Source of the DNA: Squalus acanthias
Taxonomy: Eukaryota
Assembly: GCA_030390025.1 (NCBI GenBank)
Contig: CM059433.1
Location: 14,200,001-14,264,000, forward strand
Length of the DNA stretch: 64,000 nucleotides
Direction: 5' to 3'
A program made the position numbers and the translations under genes. A model generated the notes under the pieces. That model ran no database searches. It was given only the letters and a program-made list of their open reading frames with translations, and had not been told where the DNA came from. Below, in pieces: positions 51,900 through 63,483 of this stretch. How positions within the stretch are numbered: the first letter of the stretch is position 1; each line of letters opens with the position of its first letter.

Positions 51900-52481
51900 C
51901 AAGGGACCATCCGATATGCTACAGGCTGACAGCTTCTATCCGCCCACTTCCCACATCAGCCGGTGGCATCTTAATGAGGTTCAGCGGTTAAAATCGGCAT
52001 GTCCTCATTCTGCCACGGGCTTGCCGGCCAAATAAGGGAAAGCCGGTATCAGATAACGTCAGCTGATGACGCTTCAGCTGCCGGTTTTCTTAAAGGGACA
52101 TGAAACATTTATTTTTGACAGATGATTTGACAGTGTTTGACAACACCTCAAATCACTGTACAAAGTGAACCCTTGCACACAGGGGGTTGGATTTTGATAC
52201 TGGGGTGGGTTGGGGTCATGCTATCCACTTTTCGTGTTATCCACCCGACTGCAATTGGATGTGGGTGATTGATGCAATTTTCACCTAATTGGGCAATTGA
52301 GTTCCAGCATGTGGGAACCCTTGAACCAATTCGTGTTTTCAGTCTGAAAGTTGCCTCTGATGATGTCATCATTGCTGCAGCATTGAAGGTCTTCAGAGAC
52401 TGCCTGGCCTTTGCTGTGAGAGGACCTGGATACAAAATGAGTAGCAGCAGCCCTAAGTCTGCTCCCAGATATTTTTACACC

Positions 52482-52516
<35 letters not shown>

Positions 52517-53323
52517 GAAAAAATATGAATGCAGCCAGCCAGCCTCCTAATACTACTACTACTACTACCTTCATCACATCTCCGTTGTAATAGTGGACCT
52601 GCAGCTGATAGTCAGCTGTCCAAATGTGCTCCCGCCAGGTTTCACAATCGTGGTTCAGAACAGGCGTGCTTCACGTAGAACAAGGGTTAAAATCACAAAG
52701 GCCTTTCAAAATGGCATTATAGAGCCAATTTAGTGCTTGTTAAGGGCCTTAACAGCCTATCCCGTCTTTTAGAGGCGGGACGGAGTCGGGACCAGCAGAC
52801 ACGATTTAATGAAAATTGCGTGGAGGCAGGATGGAGGCGGACTTGTGCCCGCCCGCCAGTTTTCGCAATTTTAACCCCCCACACGCCTCCAAACCCGCCT
52901 CACGGGTCAATGAAAATCCAGCCCAGGCTCTCCAATGACTTTCTCCTTAGGATAAAACAGATGGCAGCTGCAGGTGAGCGTACAGAAGCAATCTGTCACT
53001 TCTCCCAATGAGGTGAGGCCACACAAACACTTCAATGCTTGTCACCTACAGAAAAATCTAAACACATTAAAAATGACTTTCCCAATATTTCCTTACCTCT
53101 GATACTCACCAGTGTCCCATTGCATCCTTCACACCACTCCTGCAGCTGTCATCTATGCACAAATATTACAACAGACTCACAGCACGCCTCACTTACCCTG
53201 GCAGGGTTCTCCGACATCGGGAATCCCGCAGCAGAAGTCGCAAAATGGGACCCACTCCCATTCTTTTTGATTTTCCCAGCAGTCCTCCAACCCCGCCTCC
53301 TCAGGGCTGGTAAAATCCAGCCC
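51900..53323. mobile_element. Nested decayed family-C Harbinger-type elements (inner element about 52184-52924)
   Basis: Two AAAATCCAGCCC ends (52924, 53323); an inner GGGTTGGATTTT start; homology to 46278-47138. Confidence 0.6.
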
Positions 53324-53473
53324 TTTGTGTTCTCCTCACAGCTTACTGTCCCACCTAGCTTTGTATCAGTTTCCTGCTGGAAACCCACTGCGACTTAAAA
53401 TCCACAGCTTCGGTGTGTTACAAAATGAAGTTAGTAGGTTCAATCACCTATTATAGCCATTCATGGAGGCAAG

Positions 53474-54376
53474 GGGGGAAAAATTCAGTAGCGCCCTGTT
53501 TGGGGCGCAATTATCGGCCGGGCACAAAGATTAGCGCCTGGCGTTAATTATCGCCTCCGACTGCAAACTTGACTTTTATCGCCCCTGGAGGTGATTGGAG
53601 CGCTAAATCAGGCGCTACACATCTGTCTTAAGGCGCAAAGGCCGAGGAGCGCGCCACTAACTCAGAGCACTGGCGAAGCTCATATGATGTCAGTCTGCAA
53701 TGGAACACAGACACAATGGCCCCGGCCAGTTCTTAAAGGGGAGGGTTGATCTTGCTTTCCATCCACATCCTGCTCATTGCAGCCTTGAATCTCGGCCTGG
53801 AGAGACCTGTACATCAAATCTGCTGGAAAGAACAATGGAGAGAACCAGGGAAAGAGCTCAGAGTGCAGCTCCCACAGTCTCTGCTAAATCGATACAAGGA
53901 AGGGCAAATCGAAATGAACCTGCAAAGTGCTGCTCAGTACACAAAACTCCTTCACACAGCGTTGAATCTCTTCAGAAGTCTCTCTCTCTCTCTCTCTCTC
54001 TCTCACAGAATGCGTGGTTCAAAAATGTCGGCAACAAAAAAAGGCAGGAAGCGGTCGCCTTTAAATAGCGCTCTCCAGTCCCTTCCTGACTGCAAAACGT
54101 TCCCCTTAACCTGTCGTTGCTAGCGGCAGGCGGTAAGGCAGGGGGCGCCACTCAATATCCGCTCCAGGGTGCTACAGGGGCGTTGCGCACTCGACTGACG
54201 TCACGATCTGCCGGCGCAGGATATCGTGGCGGTACGGTTTAGCGCCAACGCAAAATGTCTAGTTAATTTCGCGAGCGACGCAAACATCGTCGCGCCCAGG
54301 CGCTAGTTGCTTTTGCGCCCCATTAGCGCCCTCTTAAGGCGCTAACGGGTGGTGCAACCAACTGAATTTTTCCCCC
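53474..54376 (-). mobile_element. Harbinger-type MITE family A (903 bp)
   Basis: Perfect TIR GGGGGAAAAATTCAGT; perfect TSD AAG. Confidence 0.93.
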
Positions 54377-54799
54377 AAGGTGTTTTCTCCGATAGAAGGG
54401 AGGCACATCAGTGAGATGAGCTAACCTAGGCCACTGGCACGCACTGCAAGTGGTGGGTCACAGGGTCAGTAGCACAGTCCTTGGGTTGGACCATCTGATG
54501 ATCCTCCCAGCTAAAGAATACAATGGAAAGTTCTAATAAGTATGTGAAAAGGCCATTCAGCCCATCAAGCATCCTGTTATTGACTGGGTGCAATCCATGA
54601 TGTCACAGGTTCCATCCGAAGTCATTTAAACTCCTGAGTAAAGGTTCTGCAAAGATTCTCCATCACTCCCCCTCACAAAAACAAACCAATAAAATTCCAG
54701 GATATCACATGATAGCTTACATTATTAAATCTTTCCTTCCTTAGCATCCCCATTCCACAGTTTCAGTTGTACAATAATTATCATTTTCCATGGAGCCTT

Positions 54800-54938
54800 C
54801 AACCATCGCTCCCAAATTCATTTCAAGTGGGTCCTTTCAGCCAGTAGTTAGAAGAGACATTCTGAAAGTCTAGGCTGGATCTGAACCTGGATCCCGGAGG
54901 TGATCAGCGAGTGTCTTATCCACTGTACCACCCAATCC
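54800..54938 (-). mobile_element. tRNA-derived SINE head (LF-SINE-like?)
   Basis: Minus strand tggtacagtgg (A box)...ggttcagatcc (B box)...gaaatgaatttgg. Confidence 0.45.
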
Positions 54939-56898
54939 TCCTTCAACAAAAAAAAAATCCTTCTAACCTCAAGTCCTGCTTGAGGTCTGCACTTGGACTC
55001 CATTTGTGTTCATTGACATTATCAATTTCTCTGAGCACTTTAAAGTCCTGGACAATATTCACACCTTGTCATCTTCTCTCCAGTGAAAAAAGGTTCAGTA
55101 ATGTGACTTCCATCATGGTTTTAATTTTCAGGATCATCTTCGCTGCTCTCCTTTGAGCCCTTACTATTTTTCTTAAAGTCTTAAAGTAAGATTCTCAAAA
55201 TTGTACACAGTCCTCCAAATGTGTCTCAATTAGTTATATGATGTTAGAATAATTTATTTTGACCTATTGTTAAACTAGCTGGAGGGGTATCTCAGTTCTT
55301 GATTAGAGTTGGAGGAAATTGATAAAAAGGGGGCAGGAAGAGAGAAGGAAATCACAACTGATCTTAAGTAGACATTTTTCTATCTGACAAGTTTGTATTC
55401 AATAACATTTATCTTTTTTTTAATAACAATAACACTTTCGGAACTTTTCTAAGACACACATCACTAAACTTTTACACACACACAGCTGAAACAGGCTATC
55501 ACAGGGCTAAGTAAAAACATCTAAATGAATGCTTTATGGGAATTAAGGCCATCGCTTTGTTGAAATCTGTCACTTTGCAACGACTATTGAGCAAAAGAAA
55601 GTCAAGCTTTTTATTCTCCACGTGGCTGCTGAGTTCTCATTTATTGGTAGGGTAGCCTGACAATAGCTTCATCAGGGATACTTTAGAGCAGCTTTGTAGC
55701 ACAGACACTGGATTAGGACTGGCACCCGAGAGTGATGTGGAGCCATCAGGCTCGCATTATACTCCTGGAATCGCTTTCTGGCCAGGGAAAATGGAGGCGT
55801 GTACCTGTCAATTAAATGTTACTGTTAGCTGTGTGACAATGGGAAAATGGGACACCAAAACAGCAAAGGTCAAAGATGTGTGGGGCTTTCTCTTCAAGGT
55901 AGTCTTGCACTACTTGCCTAAATCTGAGAGACTTCACGTGTGAAATTATATCAGTTAAATGTAAAATATGCATGATAACTGGTCTATTATAATGGAATCT
56001 TGCTGGATAATATCAATAAAATTCATGCTATTTAACTGAAGTTAGCAAGTATTACAAATGCCGCCAAAACATTCTGTACAATACTTTTTAAGGTTGCACT
56101 GAAATGGAAGGCTTCCTTAAGCAACTGTGTCTTACTTGCAGACAATCCAGAAGAAGGCTAGAACATGTAAACTGTACTCAGGTTCTAATAAAATGTCTGT
56201 TTGTTGCAATCCCCCAATGCACCGTATAATGACATTATTATGATTGACAGACGACAGCACCGGGAAAACCAAACACAATAACTTTTAACTTCAATTCAAC
56301 AAGCTTTCTGTTGTAATATCATGAAAAACAAACAGAATTACATTGTGATTTTTGTAGGAGCTACTTATTTTGAGAGCAGTATTGATTTCAGCAACAACAA
56401 AAAATGACTGCTCACAACAATGTCAAGTCTTTATGAATTCAGCTTGTAAAATCCAACAGTTTTGCTTGTGTGAAAATAACTCATGAACTGTCATCCTTTG
56501 TTTACTATTTCCCTCAGTAGAAATGTACTTATGAATAATCCAGGACCCAAACAACAGCAAAAGCAACATTCAGATACATTATTGATTTGTACTCAACTAA
56601 CAGAACTTTACAATAAATGTATTATCTACATAGTTCTGCTGCCTTTTTCCACCATTGAAAGCTTGTTCCATGTTGTTTTAACTGGCACCACTGAACTGTT
56701 CAGAAAGAAAACCAGCTTGATGTGATCTAAAGCAACAAGCCAGCCCATTTATTAAATTTGCAAGAATAATCTCCCACAGTCTAATTGATCATTGCTAAAA
56801 CTATAACAGTCACTTCAGCAAATTGTTACATTTATTCAGAATCCTTTTTTTTCTTCTGCCAACATGTCCTGTTCGATGCAGACTATTTTAATTACCTA

Positions 56899-57135
56899 AA
56901 ATAAAAAACAGAAAATGCTGGAAATACTCAGCAGGTCAGGCAGCATCTGCGGAGAGAGAAACAGAGTTAACGTTTCAGGTCGATGACCCTTCGTCAAGCC
57001 AGTTCTGACGAAAGATCATCGACCTGAAACATTAACTCTGTTTCTCTCTCCGCAGATGCTGCCTGACCTGCTGAGTATTTCCAGCATTTTCTGTTTTTAT
57101 TTCAGATTTCTAGCATCCGCAGTATTTTGCTTTTG
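56899..57135. mobile_element. Non-autonomous fold-back PLE-terminal-repeat element
   Basis: ~97-bp inverted arms (56899-56996 / 57006-57102) with a 9-nt loop; 15-bp direct repeat TATTTTAATTACCTA on both sides. Confidence 0.88.
57005..57036 (+). ncRNA. Minimal hammerhead-ribozyme-like core (mirror copy at 56966-56996, minus strand)
   Basis: CTGACGA-A-[AGATC atc GACCT]-GAAAC; the mirror arm reads TGACGA-A-[GGGTC atc GACCT]-GAAACGTT. Confidence 0.55.
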
Positions 57136-57234
57136 TATTTTAATTACCTATCAGGGATTGACACTCACGTGGGGTCAATGTAAAATTTAAAAAGGTACCA
57201 TATTGGAGCGCTGTCGAAACAAACCCCAGTGTCA

Positions 57235-58750
57235 GAATTGAATGCAAAAGTAGGGAGGTTATGCTTCAGTTATACAGGGCATTGGCGAGACCACATCTGG
57301 AGAACTGTGTACTGTATTGGTCTCCTTATTTAAGGAAGGATGTAAATGTGTTGGAAGCAGTTCAGAGAAGGTTTGCTCGACTAATACCTGGAATGGGCGG
57401 GCTGTCTTATGAGGAAAAGTTGGACAGGCTAGGCTTGTATCCGCTGGCGTTTAGAAGAGTAAGAGGTGACTTGATTGAAACATATAGGGGGAAAAATTCA
57501 GTTGGTTTGCGCCTCCCGTTAGCACCTTAAGAGGGCGCTAATGGGGCGCAAAGCAACTAGCGCCCGGGCACGGCGATATCTGCGCCTCTCGTGAAATTGA
57601 CCAGACATTTTGCGGCGGCGCTAAACACTACTGCCACGATCTCCTGCGCCAGCAGATCATGACGTCAGTCGAGTGCGCAACGTCCCGGTATCGCCCCGGA
57701 GCAGATATTGAGTGGCGCCCCCTGCCTTACCGCCTGCTGCTAGCAACGACAGGTTGAGGGGAGCGTTTTGCAGTCAGGAAGGGACTGGAGGAGCGCTATT
57801 TAAAGGTGAATGCTTCCTGCCTTTTTTTGTTGGTGACATTTTTGCACCACGCATTCTGAGAGAGAGAGAGAGAGAGAGAGAGACTTCTGGAGAGATTCAA
57901 CGCTGTGTGAAGGAGTTTTGGGTACTGAGCAGCACTTTGCAGGTTCATTTTGATTTGCCCTTCCTTGCATCTATTTAGAAGAGACTGTGGGGACTGCACT
58001 CTGAACTCTTTCCCTGGTTCTCTCCATTGTTCTTTCCAGCAGATTTGATGTACAGGTCTCTCCAGGCCGAGATTCAAGGCTGCAATGAGCAGGATGTGGA
58101 TGGAGAGCAAGATCAACCCTCCCCTTTAAGAATTGGCCGGGGCCATTGTGTCTGTGTTCCATTGCTGACTGACATCACATGAGCTTCGCCAGCGCTCTGA
58201 GTTAGCGCCTCGCTCCTCGGCCTTTGCGCCTTAAGACAGGTGTGAAGCGTCTGATTTAGCGTTCCAATCACCTCTAGGGGCGATAAAAGCCAAGTTTGCA
58301 GTCGGAGGCGATAATTAGCGCCAGGCGCTAATCTTTGCGCCCGGCCGATAATTGCGCCCCAAATGGGGCGATACTGAATTTTTCCCCCATAAGATCCTGA
58401 GGGGTATTGACAGGGTGGATGTGGAGAGGATGTTTCCTCTTGTGGGAGAATCTAGAACTAGGGGATCACTGTTTAAAAATAAGGGGTCGCCCATTTAAGA
58501 CAGAGATGAGGAGAAATTTTTTCTCACAGAGGGTCGTGAGTCTTTGGAACTCTCTTCCTCAGAGGGCGGTGGAAGCAGAGTCTTTGAATATTTTTAAGGC
58601 AGAGGTAGATAGATTCTTGGTGAGCAAGGGGGTGAAAGGTTATCGGGGGTAGGCGGGAACGTGGAGTAATCAGATCAGCCATGATCTTATTGAATGGCGG
58701 AATAGGCTCGAGGGGCCGAGTGGCCTACTCCTGCTCCTAATTCGTATGTC
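57235..58750 (+). mobile_element. CR1 LINE 3' fragment interrupted by a family-A MITE
   Basis: MLQLYRALARPHLENCVLYWSPYLRKD...DLIETY|KILRG continues after 58388. Confidence 0.93.
57487..58388 (+). mobile_element. Harbinger-type MITE family A (902 bp)
   Basis: Perfect TIR GGGGGAAAAATTCAGT; TSD ATA; removal restores the CR1 sequence gaaacatataagatcctg. Confidence 0.95.
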
Positions 58751-58769
58751 AGCCTTCGTAAAGAATACT

Positions 58770-59585
58770 GACCCAGAATTTGCAGTGGATAATAACAGTG
58801 AATGAACAGTTATTACCCCTTTGAAACTGACAATAACTTCAGGATTTAGCGCATGCGCATCCTAACACAGGAATCCTGAAGTTGCGGTCAGTCATTCACT
58901 GCTCCGACACTGGCTACCCTGTGCACCCCCCACCCCCCATAACCCCCCCCACCACCCCCCCAACCCCTCATAGCCGGCAATCAGTGTAATCAGGGAAATC
59001 AGTGAAACTGACAAAAACTTCGGCTTTTCCGTGGTAATATCACTGTTAAATACCCCATTAAATGTTAGGCCTTGTTGGATTAGGTGTAACTTGGGTTTTA
59101 ACAGCGAATTGACTGCTAAACAAACGTTATGGACCTGAAAAACTTACTTTAATTTTGTGGAGTGTCAAATTTCTCCATTATAATAAAAATTACAATTTTT
59201 AAGAACATTTTTAAAAAATGTTATATTTGTTAAAAGTTTGTCATCTTTATTTCCGGTTTACCGTTTTCCCCCTGTGAGAGCCCCAATCTTTGTTTTGCTC
59301 TCTAACAATTTTAACAAGTCAGAATAAAAGGAGCTTCTTCACTTCCTGGTTCCCTGTCTGTGAGAATTCTGCATTGTGATTGGTCGCTTAGACAAGCTTG
59401 TTGACGTCACAGCAGCTCGCGCTATGGAATTCCCACTACACTGCACTGATCTCAGTCGAACATCGGAAAAACCGAACCTCTCGCCACAGAGATCGCGAGA
59501 TCTTTGTGGGCAGCTTTCTTCGGGGTCAGCGGCGAACGCATTTGCTTCGCCGCTGACCGCAGATTACGGCCATTGCATTTCGGGA
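58770..59585. mobile_element. Probable MITE (decayed TIRs)
   Basis: gacccagaatttgcagtgg...ccattgcatttcggga; GC arms with an AT core like family B; internal hairpin aacttcaggatt...aatcctgaagtt. Confidence 0.55.
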
Positions 59586-59899
59586 TATCTTTAAAATTTC
59601 ACGTTATGGCAAGTCTGAGAAGATAATAGGAAAATTATCAGCATTGTTGAGAAAATTATAATAGTGACTACACTTCAAAAGTACTCCATTGGCTGTAAAA
59701 CACTTTGGGACGTCCTGAGATCGTGAAAGCCACTGTATAAGTGCAAGTCTTTCTTTCTTTATAGTGTGATGGAGAAAATGACCCGGATCCACCTTAGATG
59801 GTAATATCCAATCCATCATTTTCCTTCTTCCTTCCAAACACCTCCTTTTGAAGAGATAAACATTTAGAAAATGGAAAGCGAATCAAGTTTTCTTCACTG

Positions 59900-61180
59900 C
59901 ATCAAATATCCACCACTCATCATCCTTCCTACTCACCGCTCAGGGCTTGACTCCCTCCGAAATAATTCCGCAGCTTCCCTCTGTGCCTCTCTTAGCATCT
60001 TTCGAAAGGCTCACCGAGGCGCTCGTCACTGCCTCCGAGCAAGCAGCAACCCAAATTGCCCTATTTTATTCTCTCCCTGCCCTAAGCGCCTGCTGCGAGC
60101 TAATTTCGACACCCTCCTCCCTGCTCTGCCCCTCTGGACTCCACCAGTACGTTAGGTATCATCGTCCCTCTCCGCATTTCCCTTCAAAATGTACGTTCAC
60201 TTAAAAATAATGTACTTGCCATCCATGACCTTATTGTGGACGCTCAAATTGACATCATGGCATTGATGGAGACATGGCTGAGGGGTGATGACACCTTTCC
60301 GCTTAATGAAGCTTCCCCACCTGGCTATACTTTCCACCATATTCCACGCCCAAACCACTGGTGGTGTGGCCCTTATATCAAAATCATACCTTGGTCTGTC
60401 TCCCTACTCCTCTGGCAACTTCTCCTCCTTTGAGCATCTCAGCTTGTTCCACCCCTCCCATCTCTCTTTTAAAAATCTCGTTCTGTACCGCCCACCCAAA
60501 TACAACACCAATTTTCTTTCTGAGATATCTTCTCTGCTTTCCTCCCTCTGCTTTTGCACCGAGCGACTTCTCACCCTCAGTGATTTCAACCTCCACCTCA
60601 ACTCTTCTTGCTCCCTCTCCTCGGAGTTCATTGCCCTCCTTTCCTCCCTTAATCTCTCCCTTCATGTAAACTCCCCTACCCATATACACGGCCACCCCGA
60701 CGATCTTATCATCTCACATGGCCTCGCTATCCGCTCTGTAACCATCACCGATAAGGCAATCTCCGACCATTTCCTTATATCACGCTCTACCCATATTCCC
60801 CTTCCCCCTCCTAACCTCAAGTCCCTTACCACTGCACTTGCTCATTCGCAACTACCTAGCCTTTGGCCTACAATTCTTCATGACATTTCTACAGCTACTG
60901 ACTTACTAAATCACATCCCCTCCACCACCTTTGATGCCCTCGTCCCCACTAAAATCATTACACACTCTCACCCTAGTTGATCCCCCGGTATACTCCTCAT
61001 CTCCGCTCCCTTAAATCCAAGGGACACAGACTTGAACGTCTTTAGCGGACAACTGGTCTAATCATCCATCACCAGGTTTGTCTAGATCATATAAAGCACT
61101 ACCGGGTCCTGCTCTCCATCACTTAAACCATCCACTATTCTAAGATCATCAAGGACGGCAAAAATAACACAAGGCTTAGT
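59900..61180 (+). mobile_element. L2 LINE fragment with a decayed APE endonuclease domain
   Basis: IDIMALMETWL, GGVALI, VLYRPP, SDFNLH, PTHIHGH..DLII and ISDHFLI motifs; frameshifted. Confidence 0.88.
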
Positions 61181-61279
61181 AATCGTGACACCAATTTTTG
61201 TGTTTGTTATCTCTGCTCAAGTTTAGAACTAGTAATAAGGTTATTTCCCTAAACATAGGACCAAATTAAGTTGATAATA

Positions 61280-61640
61280 AAAAAAAGACTTGCATTTATA
61301 TAGCACCTTTCATGACCTCAGCATGGCCCAAAGCACTATACAGCCAATTAAGTACTTTTTGAAGTGTTGTAATGTAGGAAATGTGGCAGCCAATTTGTGC
61401 AGAGCAAGATCCCACACAAACAGCAGTTTGGTAATGACCAGATAATCTGTTTTTTAGTGATGTTAGTTGAGGTATAGATATTGGTCAGGACACTGGGGCG
61501 AACTCCTTGCTGCTCTTCGAATAGTGCCGTGGGATCTTTTACGTCCACCTGAGAGGAGAGATGGGGTTTAACATCACATCCGAAAGACAGCACCTCTGAT
61601 AGTGCAGCATTCACTCAGTACTGCACTGGAGTGTCAGCCT
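61280..61640 (-). mobile_element. SacSINE1-like SINE (5'-truncated)
   Basis: Collinear with 3717-4193. Confidence 0.8.
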
Positions 61641-61649
61641 AATAGTTAT

Positions 61650-62540
61650 ACATGATCGAGACACTGTCCAATCTGATGATGACTTCCTCTGACACATTCT
61701 ACTGGTTTGGCTTCGCAGTTCAATGCTCTGTTGGTTTTGTTGTTGTCGGAATATTTGTGCCGCTTATTTCTCTTCCCTATATGTAATACTTTACGCTTGT
61801 CTGTATGAAATTGCATCTGCCATTGTACTGCCCACATACTTACTTTGTTCAATTCATTCTGCAATTGCTGAGCTGCCTCTTCCTATTCCACTGCTCCTCC
61901 TAATAGGGTGGCATTTGAAAATTTGACTGGTTTGCAATAAGTTTCTGAATCTAGGTCTTTTATGTAAATTGGAAACAGTAGTGGTCCCAACACTGAGCCC
62001 CGGGGCACACCGCTTAGTACTTCCTCCCACCCTGACATAACTTATCTAATGAGTATTTGTTTTCGACACTGCAATCAGTTTCTGATCCATTCCCAGGGTT
62101 TATCGTGAATCCCCACAACTTTCAGTTTGACTAAAAGCCTTTCATATTGCACTTTGTCAAATGCCTTTTGGAAGTCTGGGTACATGATGCCGTAGGGCTT
62201 CCCGCACGTCACTTTGGTTGTCACTTCCTTGAAGAAGTTGAGGACATTGGTCAGGCAGGGTCTTCCTCGTCTGAATCCATGTTAGTTATCATTTGCTAAG
62301 TTTTTGCTGTACAGATACAGATACACGAGAATCAATTGCATTATTTTACACTCATGCGTCCATAGTTGTCTGCATTTGTTTTATTCCCCCCTTTTGAATA
62401 GGAGAACCAAATTAGCTTTTCAAATGTACTGGTACCTCCCCAGTGTCTAGTGGCTCCCTCATAATGGTTGTAGTGCTTCACAGATCTCCACTTTAATCTC
62501 TCTCCGCACACTAGAGATAAATACCATCTATCCTTGGCAC
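61650..62540 (-). mobile_element. Old CR1 LINE RT fragment
   Basis: MQNELNKVSMWAVQWQMQFHTDKRKVLHIG; minus strand DFQKAFDKV and GVPRGSVLGPLLF. Confidence 0.8.
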
Positions 62541-63483
62541 CTTATTTGTTTTGAGCCCTGAGAGGACAGACGGGACTTGAGTTTAACATCTCAGCAGAAA
62601 GTTGGCACCTCCAACAGTGAAACTCTCCCACAATAAACTTAATGTACCCTTAATCATCAAAATAGGACATTTCTCCCAAATTTTATCGCATTGGAAAATA
62701 ATTTATCTTCAGGTCTGCCATCTGATAAACTAGAATTTACGCATGATCAATTATATTCAGCAACTCGTTAAACATGAGGTAGGTGCATTTATGTTTTTAC
62801 ACTGTAAAACAAATTAAAATACTTTAATTAGCTGGGGCTCAATGCCCTCAGTCTGTGATTTGGTTATAATGCAGCGGTAAATTCTCTAGCCTTTTTTAGA
62901 TTAATAGTTCATTGCATACAACACACGGAAGGTAGGAATAAGGAAAAGGTATCCAGTCCATTGATTACGGATCTTTTCGTTGTACATCAGTGATACTGTT
63001 TCTATATCACTTAACTTAGAAAGGAAGATTACGAATTGAAAATTGTGAAGAGGATTTCATTTGGTGCCCAATTCGTACCCACATAGTAAAAGAGGTCTGA
63101 GATCATACAGAACATCCTGTGCACATTCAGAGAGTAGAATATGTGAGCGTTATGAAGACTGAGAGATCTAATGGAGTACAGATGGCCAGGGAGCAAGCCT
63201 GCAAAGTAAGTTCCATCCAAAAGCATTTGAACTAGAGCCGGGAAGGAATTAACAGCCATACTGGTTAACGTTTACCCTGTGAAATGGTGCACTAATTCAA
63301 TAGCTATAATTTTATAAGCTGTTTTGAAGGCTTACAAAATATATATGGCACAAGGGCCTTTCAAGTGTTTAAACAAAAATTATGTTAAGTCATTAGTTAA
63401 TGGCCTGGGTTTAAATGAAAGTCTCTGGTGAACGTTGTATGACAGGAACTAAACAAGTTTTTCTCTTTCACTCTGCTAAGGAT

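Noticed and set aside
60285..60980. Host endonuclease gene
   Set aside because: Frameshifted L2 LINE APE domain within a truncated element.
63029..63259. Possible host exon (gtaagt donor near 63206; 76-aa minus-strand ORF)
   Set aside because: No recognisable protein similarity and no clear acceptor site.
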